The position numbers and the translations under genes were made by a program. From Minisyncoccota bacterium (GTDB lineage Bacteria > Patescibacteriota > Minisyncoccia > 2-02-FULL-40-12 > GWA2-44-9), in contig DATKOD010000003.1 in NCBI GenBank assembly GCA_035524755.1, forward strand, positions 2,206 through 66,205: DNA of 64,000 bases, given 5' to 3'. Below, in pieces: positions 45,551 to 55,570 of the stretch (the first letter of the stretch is position 1; the number at the start of each line of letters is the position of its first letter). Under the pieces are notes generated by a model. The model made no database searches and was not told the origin of the DNA. It saw nothing but the letters and a program-made list of their open reading frames with translations.

Positions 45551-45581
45551 GCACATCCATTGTAGCACACCCCGTGCTACA

Positions 45582-47144
45582 ATGAAGCCAATGAAGCGTA
45601 ACGAATTGCTGGTCTTGCTGTTGATCCTTGCGATCGCAAGTTGGTTCCGGCTCGCCGGTCTTCACGACACGCCGCCCGGGCTCTACCCGGACGAAGCCAT
45701 GGTCGGCAACGAGGCTATCAATGCGTGGAACACGAAGACGTTCTCCGTCTTCTACCCGTACAACAACGGAGAAGAAGGCCTGTACGCCGATATCGCATCG
45801 ATCCCAATCCACTTTCTCGGCAATACGGCCTTTTCGCTCCGGCTCGTGTCAGCCATCGCAGGCATCCTGACGGTCCTTGGCGTCTATCTTCTGGCGCGGC
45901 GGATGTTCGACTCGTGGGAGCTCGCCGCGATGGCCGCATTTTTCTTGGCGACCGGTTTTTGGCATGTGAATTTCTCACGTATCGGGTTCCGCGCCATTCT
46001 GGCACCGATGTTCGCCGTATGGGGATTCTATGAACTCTATAAGGGCCTGGAGACCAACCGGATATGGCATTGGGTGTTGGCGGGTGTCTCGTTCGGTTTG
46101 GGCATGTACACCTACATCGCGTTCCGCGTGATGCCGTTGGCCATCCTCTTGGTGTTGGGGGCATACTGGCTTGCCCTCAGTGCGGCGTTCTCGCACGGAA
46201 AGTTCGCCTTCGTCCGACATCAGCTTGCCGGCGGTGTGGCGGCGATGATCGGTGTCGGGATCCTGGTCTGTCTGCCGATCGCCGCATATTTCGTCGGTCA
46301 TCCGGCTGACTTCGTCGGACGCACATCGCAGATTTCCGTATTCAGCACGTCCAATCCCGTGATGACCGTCGCCGTCAATACGGTGAAGACGCTCGGCATG
46401 TTCTTCCTGGCTGGTGATTCCAACTGGCGTCATAACATCTCTGGCGCGCCTATCCTGTTCTGGCCGGTCGCCGCGCTCTTCGCCGCGGGTCTCGTGCACA
46501 CGCTTTGGCGGTTCTATGATTCGTGGCGTAAGCGGGGACATCCTGGCGTGGTACAGACACTTCTCCTGTCGTGGTTCCTCATCGGCCTTATCCCTGAAAT
46601 CTTCTCCAATGAGGGGATCCCCCATGCGTTGCGTTCCATCATTGACGCTCCCGTGGTCGCCATCATTTCTGCCGTCGGGCTGCACTGGCTGACCGTGTGG
46701 CTACGGAAATGGTATGCCATGCGTGACACGCACAAGATTTGTCTGCCCGGCCCCCGCGGCCACCGCTGGTGTGTCGGTGAGGGTTCGTTGGTCGTCGGCA
46801 TCTCCGTCATCTCGCTGTTGTTCGCAATCGGTGTCGCCGAAGCGAACCGCTATTTCGTGACGTGGGCGCAGGATCCGAACGTGCCGGGTGCATTCAACGA
46901 GAACTACGCGGACATCGCACGCCACATCAACAGTCTGCCCCCCGCAACACTGAAATACGTCATCGTCAATGCCGGTGGAGTGCTCGTCAATGGCATCCCG
47001 ATGCCCGCACAGACCGTCATGTACCTGACGGATACGTGGACTCCCGCGGATCAGGCGGCACATCACGTGGTCTATCTCCTGCCCGAACAGGTCGCGTCCA
47101 CACGCATCCCCCGTGGCGCTGCCGTGTTTTCCATCGATCCATAG
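45582..47144 (+). CDS. GT39-family glycosyltransferase (PMT/ArnT-like, polyprenyl-phosphate-sugar dependent)
   Basis: Start at MKPMKRNELLVLLLILAIASWFRLAG. Multi-TM, with the DE-like motif YPDEAM in the first loop. Confidence 0.8.
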   Translation: MKPMKRNELLVLLLILAIASWFRLAGLHDTPPGLYPDEAMVGNEAINAWNTKTFSVFYPYNNGEEGLYADIASIPIHFLGNTAFSLRLVSAIAGILTVLGVYLLARRMFDSWELAAMAAFFLATGFWHVNFSRIGFRAILAPMFAVWGFYELYKGLETNRIWHWVLAGVSFGLGMYTYIAFRVMPLAILLVLGAYWLALSAAFSHGKFAFVRHQLAGGVAAMIGVGILVCLPIAAYFVGHPADFVGRTSQISVFSTSNPVMTVAVNTVKTLGMFFLAGDSNWRHNISGAPILFWPVAALFAAGLVHTLWRFYDSWRKRGHPGVVQTLLLSWFLIGLIPEIFSNEGIPHALRSIIDAPVVAIISAVGLHWLTVWLRKWYAMRDTHKICLPGPRGHRWCVGEGSLVVGISVISLLFAIGVAEANRYFVTWAQDPNVPGAFNENYADIARHINSLPPATLKYVIVNAGGVLVNGIPMPAQTVMYLTDTWTPADQAAHHVVYLLPEQVASTRIPRGAAVFSIDP

Positions 47145-47147
47145 CCC

Positions 47148-48932
47148 ATGCGAAAATTCCTGACGCCTGCCGCAGCTGCGCTCTGTATCGTCATCGTCGC
47201 CACCGTACTGGCGATCCTGTCATCACGGGATGATGCACCCATCGTCGACGAGGTCCCGCACATCGGCGCCGGATATTCGTACGTGAGTCAGTTGGACTAC
47301 CGGCTCAATCCTGAACACCCGCCGTTGGTCAAGGACATCGCCGGATTTTCGGTCTCATTGTTGCACGTACCCGCATCAGTGTTCATGACGACGATGTGGA
47401 TGAACGATGTGAACGGGCAGTGGGAATTCGGCCGCAATCTCATTTTCCATTCCGGTTTGAATGCCGACGCCGTCAAGACGTTCGCGCGCACACCGGAAAT
47501 GATCTTCTTCCTGGTCGCATGCTGGATCGTGTGGCGGTGGATGTCGGAACGTTACAGCAAGGGTACGGCACTCCTGGCGGTCACGTTGTTGGCGTTCTCG
47601 CCGACCGTGTTGGCACATGCGCGCCTGGTGACCACCGATATGGCTGCGGCGACCGGTGCGGTCCTGGCGACGTATTTCTTCGTGCGGTTCCTCCGTCGTC
47701 CCGGCGCCTGGCCGTTCGTCTGGTCCACATTGACATTAGGCATCGCGCTGGTATGTAAATTCAACGATGCGCTTTTGGGACCGTTTTTCCTGCTTGTCGC
47801 GTTCCTCTGGGGACTGGACGGTCACATCGGTTCCTCACGCGCGTGGAAGAACGCAGCGCGTATGGTCGGGTATGCTGTCGCGATCGGCGCCGCATCGTTC
47901 ATTCTCTTCGTCTGGCCGCTGTACATCGTCCAGACGCTCCATGAGCCGATCGCGAAACAGCACGCCGATACCATCGCCATCCTCGGCGCGCATCCGACCG
48001 GCATCCTGCAGAAAGCCGTCGTCTGGGCGTCCGATAAACCCATCATCCGTGCCGCGGGCCACTGGGGTCTAGGACTATCGATGGTCGCTCAGCGCGAATC
48101 GGGCGGCAACACCATCTATTGGATGGGTCGAGTGGTCACCAGCGGCGGAGTCTGGTACTTCCCCATCATCTATCTCCTCAAAGAGCCGATCGCCTGGTGG
48201 ATTTTGATGGCATTTGCCGTCACTGCGTTTGCCTTCCATAGACGCCGCCACGCCGGCGAACCGAAGAACGGCACCTGGTGGGCACGGAATGCCGACGAAT
48301 GGGTGTGGGTTCTGTGGCTCATCATCTATTGGGCGGTATCCATGCAGAGCACGCTGAACATCGGCATCCGGCATCTATTGCCGGTCTATCCGTTCACCAT
48401 CATGCTGGTCGCCGGGCGCATCGGTGTCATGAATGACTGGCTGCGCCGTCACAACCCGGACATGGTCAAGCTGTTCACCGTCACTATCGGGCTGTTGGTC
48501 GGCTGGTATGTCTTCGAATCCGTGAGTGTGTATCCGTTCTACCTGACGTATTTCAACCAGATCGCCGGCGGACCGTCGGGTGGCTACCGGTATGTGACGG
48601 ATTCGAACCTGGACTGGGGGCAAGACATCAAACGCCTTGGTATCTACGTGGACGATAACCGTATCCGCGCAGTATCGCTGGACTATTTCGGATGGTCGGA
48701 CCCCTCCTACTATCTGGGATCTAAGTATGTTTGGACGACCGGTTCGGATTGGAAAGATGCGAAGGATTTCATCCGGCGGAACCGCTCCGACGGTTGGATC
48801 GCCGTGTCCGCGACATTCTTCCAGGAATCCGTCTTCCGTGCCGACGGCCAGGGCGCGTACCGATGGCTTTTGGATTACACGCCCGTCACCGTCATCGGCC
48901 ATTCCATCTTCGTCTGGCATATCACGAAGTAA
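47148..48932 (+). CDS. GT39-family glycosyltransferase, second paralog
   Basis: 594 aa, multi-TM, with an early DE motif (VDEVPH). Adjacent to the first paralog. Confidence 0.8.
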   Translation: MRKFLTPAAAALCIVIVATVLAILSSRDDAPIVDEVPHIGAGYSYVSQLDYRLNPEHPPLVKDIAGFSVSLLHVPASVFMTTMWMNDVNGQWEFGRNLIFHSGLNADAVKTFARTPEMIFFLVACWIVWRWMSERYSKGTALLAVTLLAFSPTVLAHARLVTTDMAAATGAVLATYFFVRFLRRPGAWPFVWSTLTLGIALVCKFNDALLGPFFLLVAFLWGLDGHIGSSRAWKNAARMVGYAVAIGAASFILFVWPLYIVQTLHEPIAKQHADTIAILGAHPTGILQKAVVWASDKPIIRAAGHWGLGLSMVAQRESGGNTIYWMGRVVTSGGVWYFPIIYLLKEPIAWWILMAFAVTAFAFHRRRHAGEPKNGTWWARNADEWVWVLWLIIYWAVSMQSTLNIGIRHLLPVYPFTIMLVAGRIGVMNDWLRRHNPDMVKLFTVTIGLLVGWYVFESVSVYPFYLTYFNQIAGGPSGGYRYVTDSNLDWGQDIKRLGIYVDDNRIRAVSLDYFGWSDPSYYLGSKYVWTTGSDWKDAKDFIRRNRSDGWIAVSATFFQESVFRADGQGAYRWLLDYTPVTVIGHSIFVWHITK

Positions 48933-48942
48933 CCACGCAAAA

Positions 48943-48967
48943 GCGCCCCGCGAGGGGCGCTTTTGTT
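48943..48967. terminator. intrinsic terminator (GCGCCCC-gcga-GGGGCGC-TTTTGTT)
   Basis: Perfect stem plus a T-run about 10 nt after the GT39 stop. Confidence 0.6.
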
Positions 48968-49186
48968 CTGAGTTCCGGGAAAAGCCAACCATCACTGCAA
49001 ACTGTCTCGAGAGGGTCAATCTGCTGAGCTGCGAACGGCCGATAAGTGTTATTTTATGCCTGCAAACTGCGGATGAACTTGGCTTTTCCCGAACCTCGGA
49101 GGTGATGAGGTCCGGTGTTGGAATGAACATAGGGACGAACCCTATGGTGTAAGTATATCAAATTGCCTCTAAAAAGTCAATACCCC

Positions 49187-49948
49187 CTACTTGTAGTACA
49201 CCCTGCCGGGGGTGCGGAGATCGATATATGCCGGCTTGAACGAAGGATCATGGGCGTGGTCTCCCAAGAATACCGCGAGCGTTGAAAGCTGATCAGGAAC
49301 GTCACCGAGCGCGTCCATATAGACGTCGAAGCTCGCGGTCGTCGTTACCCGTAGACCGCCCGGTTCGGCGTCGGGCAACGTCACGATACGCGCTTCCATG
49401 CCGTCAGCCGCTAGGCCGTCGATCGCCGCCATCAGTCCGGACATGAACTCAGGACTCACCGAATCATCACTACGCTGATCGTTCACCTCCACCAAAAGCG
49501 CCCCGACCGACGGAATGGTTTCGCCCCAGCGGATACCGTCACGATCCCATAATTGACACGCATCGCCACGGCACCAGATACCGATCGGCGTGCGCTCCAC
49601 CGCTGAGACGGTGATCCCGCGAGGATATCGCTTCACGACGCTCACATCGCGAAGCGACGGAAATGCATGCGTCACCGCCGCTGTGAGTGCCGCGATATGC
49701 ACCAGAAGAATGTTGCGGCCAATCTGGTCCGCCAACATCACACGGACCGCGTCAGACTCCGACCCCGCATTGACCGAAATATCACGGACTTTCAATAACG
49801 ACGACCACATGAGCACCCAAGCGAGCGCCCCTATAGGCACCACAAACACGAAGAATCGAAGGAGAATGCGCCACCGTGAATGACGTTGCCGCGGATGACC
49901 GACGACATCATTGAACCGCCCGCTCCGGATACGCGAGGCTCCGTTCAC
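49187..49948 (-). CDS. FtsQ/DivIB-like POTRA-domain cell-division protein
   Basis: 253 aa with an N-terminal TM then a POTRA-like region. Assignment is tentative. Confidence 0.5.
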   Translation of the reverse strand: MNGASRIRSGRFNDVVGHPRQRHSRWRILLRFFVFVVPIGALAWVLMWSSLLKVRDISVNAGSESDAVRVMLADQIGRNILLVHIAALTAAVTHAFPSLRDVSVVKRYPRGITVSAVERTPIGIWCRGDACQLWDRDGIRWGETIPSVGALLVEVNDQRSDDSVSPEFMSGLMAAIDGLAADGMEARIVTLPDAEPGGLRVTTTASFDVYMDALGDVPDQLSTLAVFLGDHAHDPSFKPAYIDLRTPGRVYYK

Positions 49949-51264
49949 TCGATGACGTCCCGCCCGCCACAGTACGAGCGGAGCGCCTCGGGCACGCGGA
50001 CGCTGCCGTCCTCATTCTGGAACTGTTCGAGTATCGCGATGATGGGCCGCTGGCTGAACGCGGTCCCGTTGAGCATATGGACCAGTTCGGGCTTGCCTTC
50101 GCCCGTCCGGAACCGGGTCTTGAGGGCGCGCGATTGATAGTCCGTGGTGTTGCTCGATGAATGCGTCTCACGATATTCGTTCTGACCGGGCATCCATGTC
50201 TCAATGTCGTACGTGGAGGCGGACGCCTGGCCCATGTCACCGGTCGACAGGCGCACGACCCGGTAGTGCAGCCCCAATCCCTGCATCAGCGCTTCCTCGA
50301 CGGCGAGGATGAGACGATGCTCGTCGCGCGACGCGCCCGGCTCGCAGACCGTGAACATTTCGAGTTTATCGAACTGATGCACCCGCAGGATGCCGCGCGT
50401 GTCTTTGCCGGCGGCGCCGGACTCGCGACGGAAACAGGTGGAGAACGAGATGTAGCGCAATGGCAGGTCCGCCGCATCGTAGATGTGGTCGTAATGCATC
50501 GGCCCGATGGATTGTTCCGACGTGCCCACCAGGTACAAGTCATCCTTGGGCAGGTAGTACATCTCGTCGTTGCCGGGTTCGATGCCCGCGCGCTCGGCGA
50601 ATCCCATCGCACGCATCATCTCGGGCCGGATGAGCACCGGCGGGATGACCGGCATGAACGTCTTGGCCGTCAATGGGAGCCCATGCTGATGGATGAGCCC
50701 GTCGATGAACGATTCGTCCGTCACCTTGCTGACCGCGTACTGCACTAGCGCGAATTCAAGGAGTGCGGCACCGCCCTTCAGATAACCGAACCGGGTCCCC
50801 GATACGGTCGCGGCGGATTCGGTGTCGATGATGCCCAGCGCCGTCGCGATATCCATGTAGTGCTTCGGAGTGAACGGGAACTCGGGCTTGGTCCCCCACT
50901 CGTGGTCGACGACGTTCGCGGTCGCATCGGCACCCACCGGCACATCGTCCAGCGGGATGTTGGGCAGAGTCTTGATGACGCCTTCGAACAAGCGCTCGCG
51001 AAGCGTCTCCTCGGACTTCTCCAGCTCGGCCACCCTCTCCTTGAGCTCCTTCAGTGACGCGAGCAACGCGGCATCGGGCTTTCCCTCGATCTTCCCGGCG
51101 GCGTTCTGCTCTGCGCGCGCCTGTTCGAGCTGAGTGAGCGCGGTGCGGTACTCTTGGTCGCACGCAAGGATGAAATCGATGTCGCCGTCCACCGAGAGGC
51201 CGCGGGCCTTCATTGCCTTCTTCACCCGATCGGGTTCGGTCCTGATGAGATTGATGTCGAGCAT
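49945..51264 (-). CDS. serS: serine--tRNA ligase
   Basis: 439 aa with an N-terminal coiled-coil arm and class II motifs. Confidence 0.9.
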   Translation of the reverse strand: MLDINLIRTEPDRVKKAMKARGLSVDGDIDFILACDQEYRTALTQLEQARAEQNAAGKIEGKPDAALLASLKELKERVAELEKSEETLRERLFEGVIKTLPNIPLDDVPVGADATANVVDHEWGTKPEFPFTPKHYMDIATALGIIDTESAATVSGTRFGYLKGGAALLEFALVQYAVSKVTDESFIDGLIHQHGLPLTAKTFMPVIPPVLIRPEMMRAMGFAERAGIEPGNDEMYYLPKDDLYLVGTSEQSIGPMHYDHIYDAADLPLRYISFSTCFRRESGAAGKDTRGILRVHQFDKLEMFTVCEPGASRDEHRLILAVEEALMQGLGLHYRVVRLSTGDMGQASASTYDIETWMPGQNEYRETHSSSNTTDYQSRALKTRFRTGEGKPELVHMLNGTAFSQRPIIAILEQFQNEDGSVRVPEALRSYCGGRDVIE

Positions 51265-51265
51265 G

Positions 51266-52729
51266 TCAGGTGCGCGGTTTCATGAGCGGGAACAGCAGGA
51301 TGTCGCGCAGCGAATGTGAGTCGGTGAACAGCGCGCAGAGACGGTCCATGCCGATGCCGAGGCCGGCCGCGGGCGGCATGCCGTACTCCATCGTTTCGAT
51401 GTAGTCGGCATCGACGCGATGCGCTTCCTCGTCGCCCTTCTCCCGTTGTTTGGATTGCTCATTGAACCGTTCAGCCTGATCCAGCGGGTCATTGAGCTCG
51501 GCGAACGCGTTGATCAGTTCGAAACCGCCTATGATGAGCTGGAACCGCGCGACGGTCTGCGAACCGGGCGACACGCGTTTGGACAGCGGCGAAAGCTCCA
51601 GTGGATGTCCGACGACGAACACCGGTTCCATCATCTTCGCACGGAGCGTCTTCTTGTATATCTCGTCAGCGAGGTTCGCTTTCGTCATCGCCTTGTCGAC
51701 GACGATGTTCAGCTCCTTGGCTTTGGCGGCGAACTCCTTGACGCTCGCAGCATCGTAGTCCAATCCCGATGACTTCTCTACTAATTCTCCGAAGGTCATC
51801 CGCTTGAACGGTTTCGACAGTGTGATGTTCGTACCCTGGTAGGTGAACGACGGCTTCCCGAACACCTCGGTCGCCATCCAGATGAGAAAGTCTTCAGTGA
51901 ACGCCATGAGCCACTCATGGTCCTGGTAGGCCGCGTATGCCTCGAGCATCGTGAACTCCGGGTTGTGCTCCCGGTCCATGCCCTCGTTGCGGAAATTCTT
52001 CCCAAGCTCAAAAACCCGCTCCATGCCGCCGACCAAGAGACGCTTCAGGTACAGTTCCGGGGCGACGCGCAAAAAGAGTTCCAGGTCCAACGTGTTCAGA
52101 TGCGTCGCGAACGGGTGTGCCGTGGCACCGCCGGGGATCAGCTGCAAAATCGGTGTTTCCACCTCCAGATATCCGTGCTCACTGAAGAACCGACGGGCAA
52201 GGTCCAGGATCCTGAATCGCGTCACGAACGCCTTTTTCACCTCGGCATTGAATAACAGGTCCAGTGGCCGGGATCGGTAACGTTCCTCGACATCCACCAG
52301 TCCGTGCCATTTCTCCGGCAGCGGCCGGATGGCCTTGGCAAGCATGCGCCACCCGGTGACCTCGACGGTCTTTTCGCCGCGCTTGGTCGTGAACAGGGCG
52401 CCGTCGAGTTCGATGAAATCACCGATGTCAGCGGCATCGACGAACAACCGGTACTGGTCGTTCTTCAGCGCGTCTTCCTTTAGGAGCGCCTGGATGACGC
52501 CGGAACCGTCGTCGATGTCCAAAAACGTGATGCCGCCGTGCGTACGCATCGCCATGACGCGGCCGGCGATGACCACCGGCGCGTGGGATTGTGCGAGCGC
52601 ATCGAACTGCTCCAACGCCTCGGTGACGCGGTGCGTCCGCCGACTGGTCGTCGGATACGGGTCGATCCCGGCATCGCGGAGCCGTTTGAGCTTCTCGATG
52701 CGGACATTGCGAAAATCATCCAGCGGCAT
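51266..52729 (-). CDS. lysS: lysine--tRNA ligase (class II)
   Basis: 487 aa with an OB-fold N-terminus and the motif GGMERVFELGKNFRNEG. Confidence 0.9.
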   Translation of the reverse strand: MPLDDFRNVRIEKLKRLRDAGIDPYPTTSRRTHRVTEALEQFDALAQSHAPVVIAGRVMAMRTHGGITFLDIDDGSGVIQALLKEDALKNDQYRLFVDAADIGDFIELDGALFTTKRGEKTVEVTGWRMLAKAIRPLPEKWHGLVDVEERYRSRPLDLLFNAEVKKAFVTRFRILDLARRFFSEHGYLEVETPILQLIPGGATAHPFATHLNTLDLELFLRVAPELYLKRLLVGGMERVFELGKNFRNEGMDREHNPEFTMLEAYAAYQDHEWLMAFTEDFLIWMATEVFGKPSFTYQGTNITLSKPFKRMTFGELVEKSSGLDYDAASVKEFAAKAKELNIVVDKAMTKANLADEIYKKTLRAKMMEPVFVVGHPLELSPLSKRVSPGSQTVARFQLIIGGFELINAFAELNDPLDQAERFNEQSKQREKGDEEAHRVDADYIETMEYGMPPAAGLGIGMDRLCALFTDSHSLRDILLFPLMKPRT

Positions 52730-52752
52730 ATCCCGCTCAGTATACCGCTTTT

Positions 52753-53214
52753 CTACTTGACTTCCAGTATCTTATAATCCACCGGGCCTTTGGGCGTCGC
52801 GACGGAGACCTTGTCGCCCTTTTTGCGTCCCAAAAAGGCAGCACCGAGCGGAGATTCGTTGGAGATGCGGCCGTTGGACGGGTCAGCCTCAGCGGCGCCG
52901 ACGATGACGAAATCGCGGCTGTCGCCGTTCGCGGCGACCCGGATGACCGAACCGACGGTCACGGTGCCGCCCCGGGCGCTGGAACTCTCGATGACGATCG
53001 CATTGTCGAGCATCGACTTGAGCTCTTCGATGCGACCCTCGTTCATCGACTGCGCTTCCTTGGCATCCATGTACTCCTGGTTTTCCGACAGGTCACCCTG
53101 GTCCTTGGCTTCTTTGATGCGCGCGGCGATATCCCCGCGCGTGGTGTTCGTGCGAAGTTCGTACTCCTCCCGAAGCTTTTCCAGTCCTTCTTTGCTGAGG
53201 TATTGGCTCGTCAT
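52753..53214 (-). CDS. greA: transcription elongation factor GreA
   Basis: 153 aa in a GreA pattern. Confidence 0.9.
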   Translation of the reverse strand: MTSQYLSKEGLEKLREEYELRTNTTRGDIAARIKEAKDQGDLSENQEYMDAKEAQSMNEGRIEELKSMLDNAIVIESSSARGGTVTVGSVIRVAANGDSRDFVIVGAAEADPSNGRISNESPLGAAFLGRKKGDKVSVATPKGPVDYKILEVK

Positions 53215-55139
53215 ATATGACTATTGGCGGGTAGTGTAGCACGGGTGAAATACCACTGCAAGAAGGTATTGGTCGCTCGGAGCGCATAGCCCTGGTTGGA
53301 GGCGGACCCCTCAATGAGCACGGTAATGGCGATCTGCGGGTTGTCTGACGGCGCGAAGGCGGTGACCAGAGAGTTGATGCGGGCACCCTTGATGACTTCG
53401 GCGGTACCCGTCTTTGCGGAGACCGGGACCGGGACATCCTTGAACAGTGACGCGGTGCCGCTGGTGACGGTCCCCCGCATCGCATCCTGCATCGTGCTGA
53501 TGACCGAGGCAGAGAACGGCAGGGTTCCCAGTGATATGGCGGGGTAGACGGTGATCGGCTGCCGGGCATCATCGACCGTCCGCGCGGCAACGTGCGGCTT
53601 CCAAATGGTGCCGCCGTTCGCGATGGCCGATACGTACGTGTTGATCCATAACGGCGTCACGGAAAGGTCTCCCTGACCGATGGAGATATTATACGTGTCG
53701 CCCTGGTACCATGCCTCTTGCTTGGTCTGCCACTTCCAGTCCGGCGTCGGCACGAAGCCCGGTTCTTCGCCGGGCAGATCGATACCCAGGCGTTGGTCTG
53801 CGAACCCGGCTTTGAGCGCCGCCGCGATCCGGTCGACTCCCAATCCCGTGAATGATCCGTGTCCCCCGCCGACCGTCATGAAATAGACGTTGCACGAGTT
53901 CGCGATGGCACGGAACAGGTCGAACGGTCCCGTGTCGGCGCGCCAATTATCGTACACGTACGGGTGCGCGGGATCCTGCGGGTTGGGAACCGAGAGACTG
54001 ATGCAATCATTGACGACCGTTTGGTGCGGGGTTATCAGTCCGTCTTGCAGTGCGGTCATGCCGATGTAGGGCTTGATCGTCGACCCGGGGTTGTACAATC
54101 CGGAGATGGCACGGTCAAAGAGCGGACGCGACCTGTCATTGAACAATGCGTCAACCTGTGTCTGTGACAACGTCCCCGAGAACGCGTTATCGTCGTATGT
54201 CGGGAAGCTCACCATCCCCAGCACGGCGCCCGAGCGCACATCCTGTACGATCGCAGCCCCCTGCGTCAGACCTGTCTCATGGAGGATTGACGACAGTGAT
54301 GCGAACAGCTGCTTCTGGATGTCAGCATCGACGGTCAGCACGAGATTCTGCCCCGCCGTCGCCGGTTGCTGATCGGGTGTGTCCCCCGACATGAATGAGA
54401 CCTGGCCATGGGTCCCGCGGAGAACGGTTTCATATGATGCTTCGACACCCAGACGTCCGATGGTATCGGATGGTACGTAATACTGATCGGCAGCCATGTC
54501 GTTCTTGTTCACCTTGCCGACGTACCCGAGGATCTGCGAGAATTGCTCACTGTCCGTATAGTCACGCTTCGTCGACGTGATGATGGAAAATCCCGGAGGC
54601 AGATTGTTGGTCAGTGCCAGCACCTCGTCGCGGGGAAGGTCGGTCGCAACGAAGAACACCGCACTGGAACGAAGCTGATCATTGATCTGGAGCGTGAGCT
54701 CCTCCGGATCACGGCCCAGCGCATGAGCAAGCGGCACGATATCCGGCAAAGTACCGTCAGGGGCGCGGCGGAGCTGCCGACCGACCACGAGCAGGTCGAA
54801 GCTTGGCACGTTCGTTACGAGCGGGGTCCCGTTCCGGTCCATGATGATGCCGCGCGGCGGCGGGACTGATATGTCCACCGTACGGTTCCGCCAAGCGATG
54901 CCCGCGAACGTATCGTGTTGCAGGACCGCCAGCCAGACGGCGGCACCGACAAGAATCAGACTGCCAAGCGACAGGAGGATGGTCCCGAACCGCCAGATGG
55001 AGTCATCCACCGGTAACTCAAGGTCGGCGAAATGGCTGGCAGCATCGACCAGCGTCTCTTCCGGCGCGACCCATTCATCTCCCCGTTCAGGGTCTACACC
55101 GTAGGTAGGTTTTCTGTTCCACGCCATGAATGCATGCAT
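53211..55139 (-). CDS. mrdA: penicillin-binding protein 2 (peptidoglycan D,D-transpeptidase)
   Basis: SxxK (STIKP), SxN and KTG motifs with a TM anchor. Start chosen at M15 of the track ORF; every candidate start overlaps mreD. Confidence 0.8.
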   Translation of the reverse strand: MHAFMAWNRKPTYGVDPERGDEWVAPEETLVDAASHFADLELPVDDSIWRFGTILLSLGSLILVGAAVWLAVLQHDTFAGIAWRNRTVDISVPPPRGIIMDRNGTPLVTNVPSFDLLVVGRQLRRAPDGTLPDIVPLAHALGRDPEELTLQINDQLRSSAVFFVATDLPRDEVLALTNNLPPGFSIITSTKRDYTDSEQFSQILGYVGKVNKNDMAADQYYVPSDTIGRLGVEASYETVLRGTHGQVSFMSGDTPDQQPATAGQNLVLTVDADIQKQLFASLSSILHETGLTQGAAIVQDVRSGAVLGMVSFPTYDDNAFSGTLSQTQVDALFNDRSRPLFDRAISGLYNPGSTIKPYIGMTALQDGLITPHQTVVNDCISLSVPNPQDPAHPYVYDNWRADTGPFDLFRAIANSCNVYFMTVGGGHGSFTGLGVDRIAAALKAGFADQRLGIDLPGEEPGFVPTPDWKWQTKQEAWYQGDTYNISIGQGDLSVTPLWINTYVSAIANGGTIWKPHVAARTVDDARQPITVYPAISLGTLPFSASVISTMQDAMRGTVTSGTASLFKDVPVPVSAKTGTAEVIKGARINSLVTAFAPSDNPQIAITVLIEGSASNQGYALRATNTFLQWYFTRATLPANSHI

Positions 55140-55570
55140 ACGGCCAATGTCGCTGCGCACACCGACGGTACGAGCCACCACGAAACGGCGGGCAGCGCGA
55201 GCGACAATCGTGTCAGGAACATCCCGCGCCCATACAGCCCCGACATGAGCGCAACGGATATGCCGATCATCATAAACGACATCACAGAGGCTGCAATCGC
55301 CGACCGGACGAGCCCCTGCGAGATACTGACGAACCGGTCAGCGAACAGCATCAGTCCTGCAACGAGCGCGAACGAGAATGACAGGACACCGAACATCCGG
55401 CCGGTTACCAGTTCCAGAACGACCAGCGTGACGGTGATACCGATGCCGGTCGCCGTGTCACGCGGACGCTCGATGAAGAGCGCGCATGCGATCGCAGGAA
55501 CACAGAATGCCGGCAACAACGGGACGACGAGCGAGAGGATGCCGATGAGCGCGACGAGGAACCGGTTCAT
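55094..55570 (-). CDS. mreD: rod shape-determining protein MreD
   Basis: 158-aa polytopic membrane protein located between mreC and PBP2. Confidence 0.7.
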   Translation of the reverse strand: MNRFLVALIGILSLVVPLLPAFCVPAIACALFIERPRDTATGIGITVTLVVLELVTGRMFGVLSFSFALVAGLMLFADRFVSISQGLVRSAIAASVMSFMMIGISVALMSGLYGRGMFLTRLSLALPAVSWWLVPSVCAATLAVCMHSWRGTENLPTV

